A DNA stretch of 64,000 nucleotides from Octopus sinensis (lineage: Eukaryota), in assembly GCF_006345805.1 (NCBI RefSeq), contig NC_043001.1:8184001-8248000 (forward strand), given 5' to 3'. The notes under the pieces were generated by a model. That model searched no databases. It worked only from the letters and a program-made list of their open reading frames with translations, and had not been told where the DNA came from. Shown in pieces: positions 40,224-53,240 of this stretch. The position numbers were made by a program, and so were the translations under genes. Each line of letters begins with the position of its first letter. Position 1 is the first letter of the stretch.

Positions 40224-40485
40224 CAGTAATCCCTCCACTGATCGCGGATCACCTATCGCTGGTCACCTATTGCGGTTTATTATGTAAGCTTACGTCGATC
40301 CCTCCATCGTGTTGTTTTTCATTTATATACAAGTTAAAAAATATATACAAATTATAAAAATAGAAATGTATATATATATATATATATATATATACAGTAC
40401 AGTGTTTTTTCTACTTCGATGATTTTCACCTATCGCGGGTGGTAGTGTTTGGAACGTAAAACCCGTGATAGTCAAGGAATTACTG
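40224..40485. mobile_element. Tigger/pogo-like MITE with an internal (TA)n
   Basis: Terminal inverted repeats CAGTAATCCCTCCACTGATCGCGG and CCGTGATAGTCAAGGAATTACTG, with TA at the right end. Confidence 0.6.
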
Positions 40486-42689
40486 TACCCGTTTTCCTGT
40501 ATAATATTTCCGGATATTAACTGTGAAATACTTGTTTTGAACATAAATTTCAACTAGTCTTCCTAAAGTGGTAAAATGGTTAGCTATTGCATTGTTTTAT
40601 GATATCCCATATCTTGATTTTGGTATCCCATATAATCACCTAATCTAATAATCGACATCAAAACGATAATTCTATATATAAAATAGCCAACCACTCACAA
40701 AAACGCATAGATACCCATACATGTATATATACATACGTACATAGACTCCTAGTGTATACGAATGTACATATACCTCCATATATACGTATGTGTGTGTGTG
40801 TGTGTGTGTATGTGTGTGTGTAGAATGCGTGAGTGTATGCATGTAAGTATCCATACACCAAAGTTTCCCCCACAATGAAATAAAATTTAATATTTTCAAG
40901 TTAAATATGACATGTAATACATTTTCCGAGCCAAATATTCCGAACCAGAAACTATAGCCTAGAAGATCGTCCTGAAAGATATGTAGCGCTCGACGAGAAC
41001 GTCCTGCAAACCCTAGTGGAACAAAATAACTTAGATAAGTCCCGCTAATGAATCCCAAGTAGTAAACGAATAAAATTGATATACTTAATAAATATCGCAT
41101 AACATCAATGATTTAAGGTTCGTCTAACTCTATGGATTTTCTCCGCCGTTGTTTATTTCGTTATCATAGTGTAAACATAATACATCAAAGGTCCCCGAGG
41201 AAATACACGCAGCAGTGACACGTCTGCATAAATTGCAAATGACTATATTCCCATCATTCTTGTGTAATAATGAAAATAATTTAATTTTCATATTTGATGG
41301 CATTTGAAGGGAAAGTATTTTTTCCAGAAAAATCTCTCAAAACACAAACTTTGCGTTCTCTATGCAATATTGAGTTTTCCATAAGTTTTAATACACTATA
41401 ACCGCTTTTCTCTCATATAGAGTACTGAAGACTGGGCGCAATTAATATGATAGTGCCTCGTTGCAAGTGTACTGAGAGTAAGGTTCCTTAACTAAATTCT
41501 CTTTGTTTCTTTCTTGGAAAAGTAAACGAGATCACACAGGATGTAATACAAATTAAATAACAATAGAAATTCGGTAGAGTAATTAGTTGTTTTCATGATA
41601 ATAGTACAAAGGTAACTATTCATATGTTTCGGTATAGTTAATCCTCCTTTTTGAAGATATATTTTAAACAGAAAAATACGATTAAAATAGCATTATGCAT
41701 GGAAAACTTCTGTTATTTCAGATGCTGCGAATAGAGAAACTAATTATTAAGAAAGTTATTTGGTATGAAAGCTTTCAGTGAATTGATTGGAATTGCTTAG
41801 AACATTTTTTAATTAACATTAATACTAGAAAATAGTGATCATCTTTGAAATAAGAAATTTTTAGGGTGAACATGCGAATGAATGGCTACAGTAAATTTAG
41901 ACATGTTGTGTTTGAAGGGTGTTTTTTTTTTAACCACGGTACTCACTTCAGATGCATGAAACATATTTCGAAAAGTTATCGTTTTATTTCGTTGCCACGT
42001 TACGGCTTTCTCTGTGATGTCACTTGGTGTATCTAAATCGCATTTTCTTTCCTTAAATCACCTGAGATCGCAAGTTCTGATACTTATTTTTACTTCAGGA
42101 TCTGTGAGCGATAAAATCGTTCCTTCGATTAAAGAAGAAGAATAACTTAACTCAATAATCCTTCGCTTGAATGTGAGCCAAATCGCACCTTTCCACTTTG
42201 AAAAAGCAGCGTTCCATTCAGAAACATTGAGAACTGCGATTTTATGTTTCACTTGTAAAGCTATGAACACCTTATTCTAAAATTATAGATACGTCTGTAT
42301 TTTATAATTCCATTCAGTCCTACAACTGGAACAAGTTTAAAGCTGATTTTTTTTCAATTCCATTATGAATAGTATACAGAAGATTACTTTCCTATGTATT
42401 CCTGTACATCTCCCAGACAGGTACCACGTGAGTGAATTTAAGTATCGAAAACAAATTCAAAGAAATTGTTACACTTATTAGTAACTGGGAAGCACTCCAC
42501 TATGTACCAACATACTTGTATGCATGTGCGTGTTTATATATAAATGTGTGTGCCTGTATGTCTGTGTGTGTGGTGTGTGTGTTTGCCATGTGTTTGTATA
42601 TGTATATCGATGTATATCAATCTATCTATCTATAACTATATATATATATATATATATATATTCAAAATGTGACCGCGTGTGTACTGTTG

Positions 42690-42873
42690 GTGATTTTTTA
42701 CCTCCGTCTTCCCTTCTCTGGATCTTTCCTTTTCCTATGTTTCTGACGATGAGCTCCGATCGAAACGTAAAACCCTCCTTCTTCCCTACCTTCCTGAGCG
42801 TCCAATAATACTACATTTGTTCCACGTCCTTGCGTTGTTGTCTTTTCTCTTGTGTTTTCATATTTAGATAACT
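42690..42873 (+). mobile_element. Probable PLE terminal-repeat fragment; shorter homologues at 2505-2522 (+), 3947-4050 (-) and 45189-45254 (+)
   Basis: Shared TAATACTA.ATTTGTTCCACGTCCT.GCGTTG..TTTTCTCTT.GTGT.TTCAT..TTGGATTAACT, always ending at a (TA)n tract. The longest copy carries a hammerhead. Confidence 0.6.
42739..42773 (+). ncRNA. Minimal type I hammerhead ribozyme candidate in a (TA)n-anchored repeat (42690-42873)
   Basis: GTTT-CTGACGA-t-GAGC tcc GATC-GAA-ACGT-A-AAAC. Core is intact and helix II has one mismatch. Confidence 0.6.
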
Positions 42874-42878
42874 ATATA

Positions 42879-42921
<43 letters not shown>

Positions 42922-42963
42922 ATACATATATATATATAATATATATATATTATATATATATAT

Positions 42964-43009
<46 letters not shown>

Positions 43010-43173
43010 TATATATATGTGTGTGCGTATATATATATATATATATATATGTTTGAGAGATGATGAATTATGTAACATGTTTACATTAATTTAAATTGAC
43101 ATGAATGTATCCTCATCTTGTTTCTTAACAACAAACATCCGTCAATTGTAACTAATGTGAATAATATATATAT

Positions 43174-43649
43174 ACTAGCAGTATTGCCCGGCTTTGCAAA
43201 ATGGTCACACTTAATTCAAAGCGTTAAAAATGTAATGAAAAGAATTGGTATGTGTTCACAAAGTCCAAACGATTAATACGAAAAAACCCTCCAGACTACA
43301 TCCCGAAAATGCATTTCTTTGCCGGATTTCTACAATGTTTACGGCGATTCGTTTTTAAATCTTGATTTTTTATTTTACGCATGCTTGCACGCGTGGTGAA
43401 CACAGTTCACGTCAAACAGCTGACTGAGTAAAGTTCACTAGTCAATGCATGAGATAAGGCCTAAACAAACACATTATCGATTTTTGCACTTGCGAGATGA
43501 ATTTCGGAACAAAAATAGCGCAGTTCAATTTTCATTCGCCTAAACTTTAAGTGACCCATTTTTGGTGGTTCTACGATTTGTTGGCTAGGAGGAGATGTGC
43601 CGGGAAGTTAAACACACAGACACGCGAGTTGAGTTTTATATATATAGAT
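43174..43649 (+). mobile_element. Possible non-autonomous Helitron/Helentron-like element
   Basis: Starts ACTAGCAGTATTGCCCGGC and ends GAGTTTTATATATATAGAT. Short subterminal inverted motif CCCGGC (43187) / GCCGGG (43599). Confidence 0.4.
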
Positions 43650-44654
43650 ATATATATGGATTACGTATGTATGTAACTATTTGTGTAACTATTTAATCAA
43701 TTTCTTCTTCTGGGAATATATTGTGTCGAGTGAAAATTTCGCCCTATTTTAGTAATTAATTTTTTACGCTGAATCTTCAACAAAAGCAGCCTCGCTTTCA
43801 AAGTGGGCACTATTTCTCTTATCCCTCCACGCTGAGAGCGGTTCTTTTCCTTCACACATTCCTTACAACACATTCGTTGAAGCTTGCAACTCTTCCTGGT
43901 TAATGAATGACACAAGAAGAGAATGAAAGCTTTGACGCAGAACAATATTATATCTACACTGGAAAGGATCAAGTACCCAGGATTCTGATATATCAGCAAA
44001 GGCTAATTTGTTACCAACATATAACACGAGAATATATACGAGAAATAAAAATGTTCTTATATCGAGTCAATCTTTAGAGATGAGGCATGAGAAACGGTTC
44101 CAATTAAAATTGTTCCAGAACTGCCATTCATATTTTACCTCATTGGTTGATATTTAAGCACCCAATGGTCCAACTTTTTGAATGGTCCTTCATTTTGATT
44201 ATGCAGATGTTAGCATGCAACTAGAATAAGACTGGTTTGCTAATTCATACTTGTCGTTTGTAGACTTGTTTTCTAGCATGCACTAAAACATTGAAGTATA
44301 TGTATTGTAAACAAAGTTTATTGCCGAAATCTTTTGTGAGTTTTCTGTTTTAGGTAATTAATATTTTGTTGTGTCTGAGGAGAGTCATTTTCTTTTTGTG
44401 CCATATAATTTAACACACTCACCGGTAAAATTTCCATTTATATCTTATTTTTATTTTCCTAAAATTTTCGTGGCATCTTACAACCTTTTCAATAGTGTTA
44501 CATTATAAGACACAAAAAGAAAATTACTCTCCCCAGACACAACAGAATATGCTTCAACACACGAACTCATATAAAGAATCTTGCAAACCAAATCCCAAAG
44601 CGAAATGTAATTAATATTACTTTCCTGTTATCTTCTTTCTATATTACCTAGTGA

Positions 44655-44860
44655 CCTTGCAATCTTGATTGCAAGGTCGGGAGTTCAATTCCCAAGCAAG
44701 CTGTACATTGTGTTCTTGAGAAAAGCACTTTGCTCTACGTTTCTCATGTTTATTCAGCTAGTAATGAGTAACCCTGCCCCTAATTGTTGCATAAGGGTAA
44801 CATGCTGACTCAAACAAATCCCCCTATCGGGAGTCTAGCGTTCGTCGTTTTGTATTCAGT
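44655..44860 (+). mobile_element. Possible decayed tRNA-derived SINE
   Basis: B-box-like GGGAGTTCAATTCCC followed by TTGTGTTCTTGAGAAAAGCACTTT..TCAGCT..AATGAGTA. Confidence 0.4.
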
Positions 44861-45251
44861 AATCGAAAGGATGAATAATACAAACCGTGCTGTCAATCCT
44901 GATTGGATGGGATCGGTTGTTCAGCAGCAATAAAGGTCACCGTTTACTACAAGCAATGCTGTTAGGTTACATATTTTCATTACACGACGTACATATTAAT
45001 TACGAATACTACTTAACATTGTCCCTGAAAGAAAATCAGGCATCCTTCTTTCTAATCTAATATACAGCTTATAGTTCTAACTCCTTTCATATTACCTATG
45101 CTTCAACTGCGATTCACTTTCAGTTGTTAGTGCATTGCTTTCAATAACGATTTCCTTATGAATAACAACGCATGTGCCTTGCGCTTCTATACTATATTTG
45201 TACCACGTCCTCACGTTGTTGTTTTCTCTTTGTGTTTTCATGTTTGGATTA

Positions 45252-45302
<51 letters not shown>

Positions 45303-45439
45303 TATATATAAAATTATAATAAGAGGGATTATTATGATATATAATATGTAATGTTCTAGATGGTGTAATTTCATTTTTCATTACTGAATTGATGAAAGGC
45401 GTTTTTTCCTAATTTATATATAACTATATATCTATCGAT

Positions 45440-46500
45440 ATTAAGAAACGTCTTCATTCTTTCTATGAATCTTCTATCACACACGTTTCTTGACATCAGT
45501 TACATAAGTCTTTGTTTCCATTCCAGTATAGTTTCCTTTTCATTCATATTGATTTTCCAATCATTTCAACCGTTTTGTTTTTTCATCGTTACGAAACATC
45601 CTTTCACTTTATTTCGCCGAGTAATGAAAATTATATTCTGTTTTCATAATTTTATGAAGATAGTATTTTTCAGTTACGTATTATGGGTTAATGTGAATGG
45701 CGACATCGTGATTTATGATGGGACTTGTATTTCTTTTTATAGAATAGTACCATAATTCACAAGCATATTGGGCTGCATAGAATATCGATATTCACGTTTA
45801 CTTTCATATATTTCATGGAATTTTCGGTTTATTTGCTATCATTTCCCAGCAATGTTAATGCAGTTGTTTTATTTCTATAAAATGTTTATTTTTATTTATT
45901 GCTGTTATAAATACATCCGTCCATGTATTCTGTCAAATACACGTCAACTATATTGTTTCGATGTGATGTGAACTTAAATTAAACAGAGTCGTATGCAAAC
46001 GTGACTGTATTATTTTTGTGGTTAAGTGTTTTGTTTACCTTCCTCGTGACATGTTGCGGAGTCAGCATTCTATATTTATGGTGCCTGTAGGAATCTATCT
46101 CTTTCTCTAGTAATATTCTTTGTCGGTGTTCACCACCTCGGTACATTATACGTGCAGTCGAGACTCATGTGGAGTTTTGTATAATGGAAGGCGTTTTATA
46201 ACATTCATCGTATTGAGAGATATGTTTAGTTTCGATTTGCATCTATGTGTGGCATATTTCTTATCAATTCACATTAAACTTCGATTGCTGATTAGGCACA
46301 AAGGTGTGTCGAACACTGTTCGGAGCGATATTTATTCCGGAAGAATACACATTACCTCCCAGTCTCACCCAATTCATTACCCCTTTAATAAAGAATCAGT
46401 CGATTTAGTTGATCAGAGGATGTATACCACGAAATCGCCCCCTCGAATTTCATCGTCGTATGCCTTAATTATCTCAAACACTATTATATATTTCGCCATT
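45440..46500 (-). pseudogene. Highly decayed PLE of probable Naiad/Chlamys type
   Basis: Scattered matches to the Naiad-type order of motifs: YD..VVYIL, IG..RD, IDAN, PSIIQN, KFHEIY..YSMQPN, FRN.EK, KTY..KK. Many stops. Confidence 0.45.
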
Positions 46501-47109
46501 TCTGCTCATCTTTCTCTCTCATTCTTCATATGTATATATATATATAAACATTTCGGATTTTGAAAACAATATGCTAGGCCACTGGTTTTAATTGATTAAT
46601 ATCAATTTCTACCCTTATTTAATTTTAAATAAAAAAATGTTCTCTAGCCGGTAAATTAACTGCTGTGTTTTTTTAACTGCAGAGTAATTTCCGATCTCAG
46701 CGCGCCAAAGTGAAGGCATTTGAAGGACACACATAAATATATTATACATGCTCGATTTCGGTCGAGCGCCCTGTATCTAGTTCTGGAAATTGTATTTCGT
46801 AAACCACAGTTTACGCTGATGATCTTGCAGATGTTACTAATTAGTACGTAGGTAATGTTTTTTTTTTTTATTTTCGTATATTTTCATTTGTCTTATTTTT
46901 AAACTTTGGTTTTTGCAGAATTTTTTTTAAGAACACATTCTTCCTGGTAAATGGCGAGTTTGACGACTATATCTAGCATACAGACTGTCCACTATTAGTG
47001 GTCATTCCTCTAAATTTTGTATATATATATATATATATACGCATATGAAATATACTGCTTTATTTTGAGATTGCTACAATTAATACTCGCAAATAAAATA
47101 CACACTGGA

Positions 47110-47251
47110 GTTGCTTGAAATCGAATTCGGAACCTTGGGATTAGTAGCCCGCACTCTTACCCACTATGCCATATGCCCGTGGGCGTAGTGATTAAGAGCG
47201 CGGGCTACTAACCCCAAGATTCAGAGTTCGATTCCAAGCAGTGACCTAAGC

Positions 47252-47312
<61 letters not shown>

Positions 47313-48011
47313 GCCCTGATGCAGTACCAGGCAGTGGCTCTCATGGCTTCTGATCTTAACTGATTGGAAGTGTTATCATGTGCATTGTTTTGTCTTGGTA
47401 TAAAAGATGGGCTACAGCAAATATTCTGCTCAATACCACAGATTTGCTTGTCAGTTGTTTGACCTTAACCAGTTGAGCATGCCCCTTAGTGGCTGACAAT
47501 ACGTGCATCTCTGATCACGAGCAGAAGTAGTGGGGGAGCATCATGGCCATGTGTTGAGAGGGATTCTTTTGAGTTTGAATAATTCACCTCTGGAAACATA
47601 GGTGTTTCGTTCAACATCCTAAAGCAACCCTTATTCAGGGACCTTTTGAGCGGGATGGGCTACTCAACCTGAAGAAAATTCTAACTGGGCCCCACCTGCA
47701 AGGTCATGTGCTGTTTATCTTGATATGAGATCACCATGTCGCGCACATATGGTTGTGATGCATGTGCCTGGTGTACCTTTATCAGACGGGTAGTCATGAT
47801 GGGTATATTGGGCTTCGTATATTTTACCCCAGTGTCACTTTGATGGCATGAACTGCTCTCTCACTCAATAATAATAATAATGAAAATAATAACAATAACA
47901 TCGAAAAATACCTCGGAAGTGAGAACCCAGACTCGAAATTTCCCCGAGGCCGAAACGTTGTTTTCACAACAAAAAAAATGAGGATACATATCGTCAAATG
48001 TAAATAATGTA
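47110..48011 (+). mobile_element. tRNA/hammerhead family copy with palindromic double head (47110-47245), (AAT)n split by a 556-bp insert, linker and deleted hammerhead
   Basis: 47110-47178 is the reverse complement of 47181-47245. A-box-like TGGGCGTAGTGA, B-box GAGTTCGATTCC at 47224-47235. Linker CATCGAAAAATACCTCGGAAGTGAGAACCCAG and CCGAAACGTTG, then tail GTCAAATGTAAATAATGTA. Confidence 0.8.
47311..47866. mobile_element. Unclassified 556-bp non-coding insert within (AAT)n
   Basis: Bounded by (AAT)n on both sides, and absent from the otherwise homologous copy at 22612-22912. Confidence 0.6.
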
Positions 48012-48345
48012 TACCACAGAGTTATGCTACACCAATTCATATATTCATACATACTTAAATCGAAAAATACATACGCTCACACATGTCAAGCAATATGTTC
48101 TTTTATTTCTTTATTCTTCTTCACGTTCCACTCATATGATTGCGGCCATACTGGAGCGCCGCCACAATGTGCTTATAGTCGGAGAAATCGACGTTGCTAG
48201 GACATTCTTTGTAAGCCTAGTACTTATTCAATCGCTATTTTTTGCTGAACTGCTAATTATGGGGACGTAAACACACCAGCATCGGTTGTCAAGTGGTGAT
48301 GGGGGTTCAAACACAAAGGCACTCACACACACATTTGTATATATA

Positions 48346-48410
<65 letters not shown>

Positions 48411-48418
48411 GTATGTAT

Positions 48419-48450
<32 letters not shown>

Positions 48451-48608
48451 CTGTAAAATAATATGTGACAATTATTTAATAGCCAATATAAACCTCTGAG
48501 TTTTATCTTGGCCTTGAATAATTGTTACATATTATTTTATAGATAAATTTCCTCTATTTACATAATATTAAGGTCTCTTTCTTTGTGTTGTAATCTTACC
48601 GTTTTTAC

Positions 48609-48689
<81 letters not shown>

Positions 48690-49194
48690 GTTCTCTTTCT
48701 CATTTAGTTTCCGTCTAACACATCCATTCAGAAGGCTTTGGTCGGCCCGAGTCTATAGTAAAAGACATTTGCCCAAGGTACCGCGCAGTGGAAATGAACC
48801 CGGGGCTATGTGACTGCGAAGCAAGCTTATAACCACACAGCTACGTGTTTGTGTTTATATTTTTGACAATTACCGTGAATTGCTCTGTAAAAATTTCGCG
48901 TCATGCAAAAACCTGTAGTGCGCAACATTAACCTCTCTCTGAACATCGAAATTACAGCTTCATCGTACATACTCTTTAAACTTATGCCTGAAGCCCCAAT
49001 ACGAAGGTCCAATATGGAATTATTTTGACTTAAGTTTGATTCTGGCTACAAATTCCGATGTATGACACCTATATCATATTCTTCACTATGGCCATGCAAA
49101 ATTCTCACATACGTGAAGCAGTAGTAAACCCGTGCATTAACACAAGTCACGAGTATTGCATTCTTTAACAGATGGTACTATCTGTTTATGTAGA

Positions 49195-49195
49195 A

Positions 49196-49227
<32 letters not shown>

Positions 49228-49335
49228 CGTAGTAGTAGTATAGTAGTAGTAGTAGTAGTAGTAGTAGCAGTGGCACCAGTACCAACATTAGTAGTAGTAG
49301 TAGTAGTAGTAGTAGTAATAGTAGGAGGAGGAGGA
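49195..49335. repeat. (TAG)n trinucleotide microsatellite
   Basis: Direct reading. Confidence 0.95.
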
Positions 49336-49622
49336 GAAAGAGTCGATATTATTTTTGTCTAGGAAGATTGGTTCATGGCAACAAAAGGTGAACAAATCCG
49401 GTTGTTATTGGTTAAAGTCTTTTCAATGGATGGAATATTCTTCAATGGTATATTCAAAACGGAATCGCCCACGTGTCTTTACATCCGCACACAGGCACAT
49501 CCTCGTACAACTGTCTCCTTCCCTCTCTCTTTCTCCCTCTCTCAGTGCACACACAGACATATGTGTGTGTGTCTGTATGTGTGTATATATACATATATAT
49601 GTATACAATATATATGTTTATA

Positions 49623-49670
<48 letters not shown>

Positions 49671-49696
49671 CACACATATACATATATATATATATC

Positions 49697-49985
49697 CAGA
49701 TTCAGTCCCACTCCGTTGCACCTTAGGCAAGTGTCTTCAAATATAGGCCTCATGCTGACCGAAGCCTTTTTACTAGATTTGCTTGATGGAAACTGAAAGA
49801 AATCCGTACATATATATGTTTGTGTGTGTGTGTATGTATGTATGTATACGTTTGTGTGCCTGTGTTTGTCCCCAACCGTCGCCTGACAACTGGCAAAAGA
49901 GACCGATACAATAAGTCCTGGGGGTCGAATTGTTCGACTAAAAGCTGTGCGCCAGCATGGCCGCAGTCAGATAACTGAAACGAAG
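49697..49985 (+). mobile_element. SINE family 2 copy with internal microsatellite; further pieces at 20440-20650 (+), 27400-27600 (+), 29888-30012 (-), 48110-48330 (-), 48690-48845 (-), 50485-50715 (+) and 51460-51540 (+)
   Basis: Shared head and CORE-like segment, and/or the 3' motif CCAGCATGGCCGCAGTC..ACTGAAAC. Confidence 0.75.
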
Positions 49986-50615
49986 AAATAATAGAACAAA
50001 CAGAAACACACATGTACACATATATATATACATATACATACTTATATCTGTATATCTGTCATACGCGTCTGTAGTATTATTTGCTCCACCTTTATCGACA
50101 TACATATTTCTAAGTTTGTGAAAGTAATCTGAGATTAAATGTATTTAATGATATTCGTCTATTTATAGCAAAGTACTAAGATACAGAATTGCATTCGGAA
50201 CGTCGTTCCATCTAATGCGCATATTTAGCTTTGCCATGTCTAAGTATTTCTATTATGTATACTATTAGAATAACAATATCTTTACGTATAGAATATTATC
50301 AATTAAGATCTGTACTGAAATTGTACGTCTCTTAGTGGACAGGAACCTTCTAGTTGGTAGTATCAATATATTAATTCCGATTTCTGTAAAATTAAAGAAA
50401 TATTTTACGTTGACATAACTTCCATAATATACAGGAAGTTTTAAATCACATGTCTGAAAATTACATGGACATTCTTTAAAGACGTAGGCATGACTATGTG
50501 TTAGGCAACTTTCTTCCCAACCATATGATTCTAGGTTCGGTTCCCCAGCTCGGGCCGACGAACCCATTGTGGGGAAAACTAAAGACGACCGGCATATAAA
50601 TATGTATGTGTGTGT

Positions 50616-50669
<54 letters not shown>

Positions 50670-50772
50670 TGTGTCTGTGTTTGTACCCACCACCTCTCAA
50701 TAGCCGGAGTTGTAGTGTTTTGATCTCCTTATCTAGCGACAAAATATATTCGATACAATATTTGTAAGCTGA

Positions 50773-50824
<52 letters not shown>

Positions 50825-50832
50825 TATATTAT

Positions 50833-50925
<93 letters not shown>

Positions 50926-51056
50926 CTGTGTGTATTATATTTAAAAACTGAGGGAGATAAATGGAATATTAATTTAATTAATATCAATTTAAAACCAGTA
51001 GCCTAACATATAAAAGATTTGAAAAATCAGAAAAATCAGGTATATATATATATGTA

Positions 51057-51363
51057 TGGAGGCTCAATGGCCCAGTGGTTCGGGCAGCGGACTCGCGGTC
51101 GTAGGATCGCAGTTTCGATTCCCAGACCGGGCGTTGTGAGTGTTTATTGAGCGAAAGCACCTAAAGCTCGACGACGCTCCGCAGGGGGGGGGGGTGATCC
51201 CTGCTGTGCTCCTTCGCCACAACTTTCTCTCACTCTTTCTTCTGTATGCCTGCTCGCTTAGCTAGCTGGGTGGCTTCATTTGAAGGGTAAATCAATGGGA
51301 AGAGCATTGCGACTAGCGATGTGTAGCAACATCTGATAGCCTGGTCGGTCACGTGATCATGTG

Positions 51364-51365
<2 letters not shown>
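51057..51365 (+). mobile_element. tRNA-derived SINE, family 1b (same head and body as 1a, different 3' part)
   Basis: Near-identical to 1a up to CTTTCTCTCACTCTT, then unrelated, ending CACGTGATCATGTGAT. Confidence 0.85.
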
Positions 51366-51400
<35 letters not shown>

Positions 51401-51424
51401 ATATTATATATATATATACATACA

Positions 51425-51458
<34 letters not shown>

Positions 51459-51749
51459 GCACTGGGATCGATTCGACTAAAAACTCTTGAAGGTGGTGCC
51501 CCAGCGTGGCCGTCGTCTAATGACAGAACGAAGTGAAAGATTATAATATCTCGAATAGGATTATTTGAAATGTTGTTTAGTGTACCATTATTTTATATAT
51601 ATATTTTATACGTGAAATCCTACCGAAGCTTGAGTAGATAAATCATTTGGCAACAATTTCCGACTTGGATAGAAACTCTGCTGCCATGAACCAATTTTCC
51701 AATACAAAAGTGATATCGATTCCTCCTCCTCCTTCTCCTCGCATGCTTT

Positions 51750-52380
51750 AAGTGACAACAACAAAAATCATCGATCCACATTCTCCGCTGGTTTGCTTGC
51801 TCGTCACCGCTCAACACATGGACACAAGCAACGAATCGTTACTGGCGACGAAAAATGGTGTCTGTACATCAATATCAAGCAGCGTAAGGAATGGCTTATC
51901 CCCCGTAAACAGGCGACACCGCACGTGAAACACGATCTTCATCCGCGTAAAACGATGTTGTGCGTATGGTGAGATAGGGAAGGGATTATCCAATACAAAT
52001 TGCTTGAACGGAACCGAAGGGTCAACGCGGAACTCTAAGTTCAACAGATGGAACGACTCAACACAGCTATTCAAGGGAAAAGACCTAATCGGCAGCATAG
52101 AGTCTTGCTGCACCTCAACGCCCGCCCTCATATCGCCAATATGACGAAGGAAGCCATTCAATCTGGGAAGTGCTGCCATAACCGCTGTACTCCCCTGATT
52201 TGGTACCAAAGGATTTCCACCGCTTTCAATCTCTTTCAAATGCAACCACGACGGAGTTTCGTTCAATCGTGATGCAGAATTGAGAGCTTGGTTGGATCAA
52301 TTTTTCGAGGCGAAATCAGGTGATTTCTACAAACGAGGTATTGAAAATCTTGTTGAACGTTGGGAAGAAGTTGTAAACTA
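51750..52380 (+). pseudogene. Mariner (DD34D) transposase remnant, catalytic half
   Basis: RIVTGDEKWCLY (51841), LHPRKTMLCVW, LLHLNARPH, YSPDL (52188), FYKRGIENLVERWEEVVN; stops and frameshifts; terminal repeats not identified. Confidence 0.9.
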
Positions 52381-53019
52381 ATAATAGTTCAAATAACGGT
52401 TGCAAACCGTATTAGCAGATAGTGAAATCCAAAGAAAACACTGGTTAGTTATCTGTTCAAAGAATGTTGAAAATTACGATTAATATTCATCTGTAAGGGA
52501 ACTATATAAACCGTGGTTTATATATTTTTATTTAAATAAGATAAGAAAATAGAGAGATAATAATTATGTATCTGTTAATTATTTAATTAATAAATACCAA
52601 TTTATTAATTATCTCTCTATATATTATTTTATTTATTCATATAATGATAATAATCATAACAATAATAAAGTACATATCTATCTATATGTATATATATATA
52701 TATGTATACATATGTATATATATATGTGTGTGCGTGTGTATGAATTGATATTGAATATCCAATATATTACTAGATGTATACCTACGTATTTTTAACCTGG
52801 TGCTTACAATTCCATGGCAATGGTGCAATTGATACTAGGTATGGTTGGGGGTAAATTGGAAATGCACCCAGGATTTATAAGTCAAGTAATAAAATGGAGA
52901 GGATGTTTGTCGAGTTGATATCCTCTGCATTTCTTTGTTTTGCATACAACATATATAATATATATATAATAAATTATATATATATATATAATATATATAT
53001 TATATATATATATATATAC

Positions 53020-53067
<48 letters not shown>

Positions 53068-53195
53068 TAAAAAGAATTCCAACCTTGTCTGATTTTCACG
53101 TTTTATTTACAATCTTATAATGATATATTATAAGATAAATATTATAATTGAATAAAATAAAATGAAATAGTAGAATGTTAAATATTCATTCTGAT

Positions 53196-53240
53196 TGAAC
53201 TAGTACTTTCATGCATTGAATTCTGCAATCTTCGGGTTCA
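53196..53240 (-). ncRNA. Mirror copy of the PLE hammerhead candidate
   Basis: Exact reverse complement of 57284-57328. Confidence 0.65.

Noticed and set aside
45385-45456. Hammerhead-like TGAA-TTGATGA...GAAACGTC-TTCA
   Set aside because: It has a C3U core change, no closing helix II over a 49-nt gap, and lies antisense to the neighbouring PLE remnant.
47181-47246. tRNA gene call for the tRNA-like heads (also SINE heads at 26778, 39552 and 51057)
   Set aside because: The anticodon and acceptor stems do not pair properly, and each head runs directly into repeat-family sequence.
52548-52620. 13-bp inverted repeat ATAGAGAGATAAT/ATTATCTCTCTAT (similar 10-bp case at 4081-4116)
   Set aside because: These are short arms in very AT-rich DNA; I cannot assign a family or function from this window.
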